Positions 16,785 through 20,000 of a DNA stretch of 20,000 nucleotides are shown piece by piece (position 1 is the first letter of the stretch; each line of letters begins with the position of its first letter). Source of the DNA: an uncultured virus (IMG/VR IMGVR_UViG_3300022876_000098) (taxonomy: Duplodnaviria > Heunggongvirae > Uroviricota > Caudoviricetes). Position numbers and translations under genes: made by a program. The DNA lies in the IMG/VR virus record IMGVR_UViG_3300022876_000098; one strand, written 5' to 3'. The notes under the pieces are model-generated. The model had not been told where the DNA came from. It saw only the letters and a list, made by a program, of their open reading frames with translations, and did not search any database.

Positions 16785-17120
16785 GTGGAAGCAAGAAGCG
16801 TTGTCGCCGAAATGTTCATTGGGATCCCGACGCATTTCTGGGTGTTGCCCGTTGCCGGTCTGGTTGCGTTCTACGGGCTGAAATGGTCGGCCAGCTTCGG
16901 CAGTCGGCGCACCCTTGTGCAAGCCTCGACTTACCTGTTATTGCTGGCCCTGGCGGTGCTGCCTAGCGGCTTTTATGCCCTGTTTCCACCGGCGCCTGAC
17001 CCGGATGTGCTGTTGAATCACTCGCCACTGCCCAACTATGCGGGGCGCTTCTACCTGGACGCGTTCTACGTCTTCAGTGGTTGGGCGCTGAGCAAAGTGG
17101 TGAAGCTCAAGTTCAGCTGA
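16785..17120 (+). CDS. Hypothetical membrane protein
   Basis: GGAGGA before GTG 16785 (alternative ATG at 16812); about three hydrophobic segments. Confidence 0.7.
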   Translation: MEARSVVAEMFIGIPTHFWVLPVAGLVAFYGLKWSASFGSRRTLVQASTYLLLLALAVLPSGFYALFPPAPDPDVLLNHSPLPNYAGRFYLDAFYVFSGWALSKVVKLKFS

Positions 17121-17156
17121 AGAGCTGGCCGGGCACCTGACGTGCCGATTCGCTTA

Positions 17157-17378
17157 TCAGCAAGCACCGTCAATATCGTCGTCGATTTTCGCGGCGACAG
17201 AGCGCAACTCGTCCGCAACCACATTGATGGACCTGATGTGCGCCGTCACGTCGATCGCACTCTGCAAAGTGGCTCTTGCCTCCATGAACCTGGCGTGGCC
17301 ACTCATGGCCTGGCTGAGCTTTTCCAGATGATCGGCTGTTCTGACCAGATCTGACTTGATGCTGTGAAGCGTTTCCAT
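17157..17378 (-). CDS. Hypothetical helical protein (73 aa)
   Basis: AGGAAGG upstream; METLHSIKSDLVRTADHLEKLSQAM... shows a heptad pattern. Confidence 0.7.
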   Translation of the reverse strand: METLHSIKSDLVRTADHLEKLSQAMSGHARFMEARATLQSAIDVTAHIRSINVVADELRSVAAKIDDDIDGAC

Positions 17379-17505
17379 GGTGCTAAAGGCCTTCCTGGTC
17401 TGTGGCGTCAACGGTGCCATGAGCATCGCCTCAGGGCAGGGTGCAACGCAACAGATTTGTGGAAGGCGGCGATCCTTGCGGTGGCGCCTGTACGGCCCGA
17501 GGGCC

Positions 17506-17706
17506 TCAGCTTTTTTCCTGCACCTGTAGTACCGAACCCTTGTCGTCGGTCACCAGCAATCCGCTGAGGTGGGTGCCGTCTGATTGTTGCTCGGCAAGTG
17601 GCACATCCGAGGAGCGGAAGATGCTGCGGCCCTGTTCATTGGTTTTGACAGTGACGAGTTTGCCATTCTGATAGAAGAAGCGCGTGGTGTTGGCGTGCTT
17701 TTGCAT
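17506..17706 (-). pseudogene. Truncated RHS-repeat-associated core protein N-terminus
   Basis: FFYQNGKLVTVK...SIFR....PLAEQ......LLVTDDKGSVLQV resembles the start of short Pseudomonas RHS-core proteins. It stops before the expected Y.PYG and DP.G motifs. AAGGA RBS present. Confidence 0.55.
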
Positions 17707-17821
17707 GGTGTGTATTTCCTTGCTGGGTCGCGGTGTGATGCCACATTGGCAGTTTCACTTTCTCAACGTTCAGCCGCCAATGCTACTGGCAGAAATATCA
17801 GGTGCTCTCCATGGGTCCCGC

Positions 17822-18136
17822 TCAGGCTTCGTCCTGCAACCGCCCGGGGCTGAAGAAAAACGAGGCCACCACCACCGCTGTGATTACGCCTGTTGCATCT
17901 GCGATAAACAGCAGCAGCGCACTGGTATCTCCATGCGCCAAGTGTTTGCCCAGTGCAAAGTCCACACCGTGCGGGCATGCGGCGATCATTAGCAGCATGG
18001 CGGCCAGCAGGCCCGAGAGGAGCTTCATGTAGGCCCTGCCGAATGCCAGGCCATACGCCCAGAACACGAAAATACAAAGCACGGCCAAGCCGGTGGAAGT
18101 TGCATATTGAGCGAGTATTTCCAGCCACCAGAGCAT
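17822..18136 (-). CDS. Hypothetical membrane protein (104 aa, about 3 TM)
   Basis: CAGGAGA RBS before ATG 18136; hydrophobic segments. Confidence 0.75.
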   Translation of the reverse strand: MLWWLEILAQYATSTGLAVLCIFVFWAYGLAFGRAYMKLLSGLLAAMLLMIAACPHGVDFALGKHLAHGDTSALLLFIADATGVITAVVVASFFFSPGRLQDEA

Positions 18137-18185
18137 AGGGTTCTCCTGAGCAAAGCCGGCCGGTGATGCCGTTGCCTGATGTTGA

Positions 18186-18213
18186 TCAGAAGCGGGGCAG
18201 AATGAATTCGTTC
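18186..18213 (-). promoter_or_regulatory. Possible AlgU/RpoE-type promoter
   Basis: Minus strand GAACGA-N17-TCTGA versus consensus GAACTT-N16/17-TCTGA, upstream of the membrane protein gene. Confidence 0.35.
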
Positions 18214-18396
18214 CCTGGGTGCAAACAATTAATTGCCGTTCCGGGCTCCCGTAAACAAGCCGTGATGTGGTTGTGTTGTCACGGGCGCGTTGTTGCTGTG
18301 TCAGGTGCACGAAAATTCAGCAGCAAGACCTTGGTTGATTAGAAACCCGCGGCTACCCTCGTTAGAATGCAGCGTATTCCTGACGGCCAATTGCAA

Positions 18397-18726
18397 ATGT
18401 CTACTTTTCGTATCTTCATCGCGTCTGCGTTAGTTGCCAGTCTTGTCGGCTGCGCAACGCCTGGCAAACCTACTGCCAGCAAGCTGACCCAAAAAACGCC
18501 GCAGGCGTACGCCGCCTGTGTGTTGCCTAAGTGGCAGGTTTTGGCCCCCCAGGCTTCCCAGAAGTCGATAGCCCACGGCTACCGGCTAACGGCATCCAGT
18601 GCAGTGACAAGTGACGATGTGCTGGACGTGGTTGACTCTCGCGATGGCAGCCGCGCGACCTTCTACAAGGGCAGCTTCCTGTCTGGGGACAAATTGCGCC
18701 AGGCTGCCAGGGAATGCCTGGACTGA
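18397..18726 (+). CDS. Lipoprotein, hypothetical (109 aa)
   Basis: MSTFRIFIASALVASLVG-C lipobox; YAACV...W and AARECL. Confidence 0.85.
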   Translation: MSTFRIFIASALVASLVGCATPGKPTASKLTQKTPQAYAACVLPKWQVLAPQASQKSIAHGYRLTASSAVTSDDVLDVVDSRDGSRATFYKGSFLSGDKLRQAARECLD

Positions 18727-18743
18727 GTCAATAGCCTGCGGTC

Positions 18744-18791
18744 TTGGGGCCGCGTTGCGCCCCAGTCGCGACACAAAGGCCGCTCCTGCAG
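18744..18791. repeat. Pseudomonas REP-like element between convergent genes
   Basis: TGGGGCCGCGTTGCGCCCCAGTCGCGACACAAAGGCCGCTCCTGCAG resembles the P. putida-type ...TCGCGACACAAGGCCGCTCCTACAG REP. Confidence 0.7.
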
Positions 18792-18813
18792 CGGAGCACG
18801 TACTGTCCGGTGT

Positions 18814-19995
18814 CTAGCGCTCACGCATGAAAAAACCGGCAACGAACTTGCGGAAAGTTTCCAGGCTTTTGAAGTCGGCGTAGCGCTTGAAGTTTTCAGC
18901 GTCCGGCTCTGGCCCGATGGGCTGTTCCAGTAGCGACACTGACAATACCCGGTCCTGGTCCGAGGTCATCACCAGTTCATCCATCACCTGGCCGCCGATC
19001 ACCGGCCGGCGCATCTGCACCTTGACGCCCTTGCTGGCCATCCAGTCGATCAGCGAGACCAGGGCCTTGAGCGGCTCGCGTTCTTCATCGCGGTACACCG
19101 GGAACAGATGCGCGCGCGATAGCACCGGCACGCTGGCCACATGGATCAGCTCATAGAAATGGCTACCGGCGCTGGTCGGCGAGTAGATCATCAGCGCCAG
19201 CAACGGCCCGGTGGTGCGGCTACCGCCCCAGTACAGGTGGTGCCCCTGGAAGTCGAAGCCGTCTTCGCTGCGGTTGTTGAACAGCTTGCGCCCTTTGATT
19301 TGGTCAACGCAGTCCAGCATCAGCCCATGGCGGCGATGGTTGCCGAACACGGTGGCCTCACGCAGGCGGGACTTGAGCATCATCATGTGCTTCATGTCCA
19401 GCCGGGTTTCCAGGTAGTTGCTGGGAGGTACCCGCTCCAGCAGCGGGTAGCGACTGGCCACGCTGCGCAATTCGGCAAACTGCGTGGTCAGGTCCTTTTT
19501 CAGGTGGGTGGCGTAGAGATTGAGGCCACTGGTTTCGATCCAGGTCAGCAACAGCGACAGCAGACGCTGCTGTTCGCGCCGGTCGTTACCATCACTGGTG
19601 GCACCGGCGGTACCGGCGCGAAAGTCACCAATCAGGCGCAATGGCGTGTCGGGCGGTAGCCAGGCGGCTGGTGGCGCAGGGTCGTCTTCGCGCTCGATGG
19701 CCTCCCGCTCGTCCTTGGTGAACGGGCAGCCAGGCGCGTGCTCGGCGGTGCCTGGGTTGTTCTTGAGGAACAAGGTGCCGGTGCTGCCGTTAAGGGTGAC
19801 ATTGAGCACCGGCAAGGCGTCGTTGCGGCAGTCGCAGGCCAGCCACTGGTTGGCGTTGCGTACCTTCATCAGTAGCTGGTTGGCCTGCAGCAGGCGTGGG
19901 CCGACGAGGCTGCCGGTGGCAAAGCCGACCAGCAGATCCTCTTCGGCGGCGGTCAGGCTGCGCACCTGCGCAGCGGTTTTGTCGATGATTCGCAT
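18814..19995 (-). CDS. Uncharacterised 393-aa protein with an N-terminal CxC...HxxxC motif (DUF1173-like)
   Basis: Long ORF with host-like codon use; WLACDC...KNNPGTAEHAPGCPF. Confidence 0.8.
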   Translation of the reverse strand: MRIIDKTAAQVRSLTAAEEDLLVGFATGSLVGPRLLQANQLLMKVRNANQWLACDCRNDALPVLNVTLNGSTGTLFLKNNPGTAEHAPGCPFTKDEREAIEREDDPAPPAAWLPPDTPLRLIGDFRAGTAGATSDGNDRREQQRLLSLLLTWIETSGLNLYATHLKKDLTTQFAELRSVASRYPLLERVPPSNYLETRLDMKHMMMLKSRLREATVFGNHRRHGLMLDCVDQIKGRKLFNNRSEDGFDFQGHHLYWGGSRTTGPLLALMIYSPTSAGSHFYELIHVASVPVLSRAHLFPVYRDEEREPLKALVSLIDWMASKGVKVQMRRPVIGGQVMDELVMTSDQDRVLSVSLLEQPIGPEPDAENFKRYADFKSLETFRKFVAGFFMRER

Positions 19996-20000
19996 GAAGC

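Overview
This window holds the right end of a lambda-like (siphovirus) prophage in a Pseudomonas genome, probably the P. putida group judging by REP type and gene content, followed by an accessory/host flank. Bases 1-11.6 kb are the distal tail module: gpI, an unusually large 3063-aa gpJ-type tail tip, a J-associated protein, and a short tail fibre with an S74-type chaperone. The gpJ carries six copies of a coiled-coil/knob repeat and five carbohydrate-binding-like cassettes. Bases 11.6-12.8 kb hold an endolysin-like gene and an Rz/Rz1-type embedded spanin pair, with no holin in the window. Bases 12.8-14.5 kb are accessory prophage-end genes, including a LexA-boxed two-gene operon, a small 2-TM moron, and several stacked att-arm-like repeats. 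The prophage appears to end at a core matching the first codons of the ABC-F ATPase gene ybiT (14486-14513, minus strand), next to a frameshifted tyrosine integrase remnant of an older element. The flank (15-20 kb) has small hypothetical, secreted and lipoprotein genes, an IS4-type MITE, an RHS fragment, a REP and a 393-aa Cys/His-motif protein. All family assignments come from motif recognition only; no searches were run.
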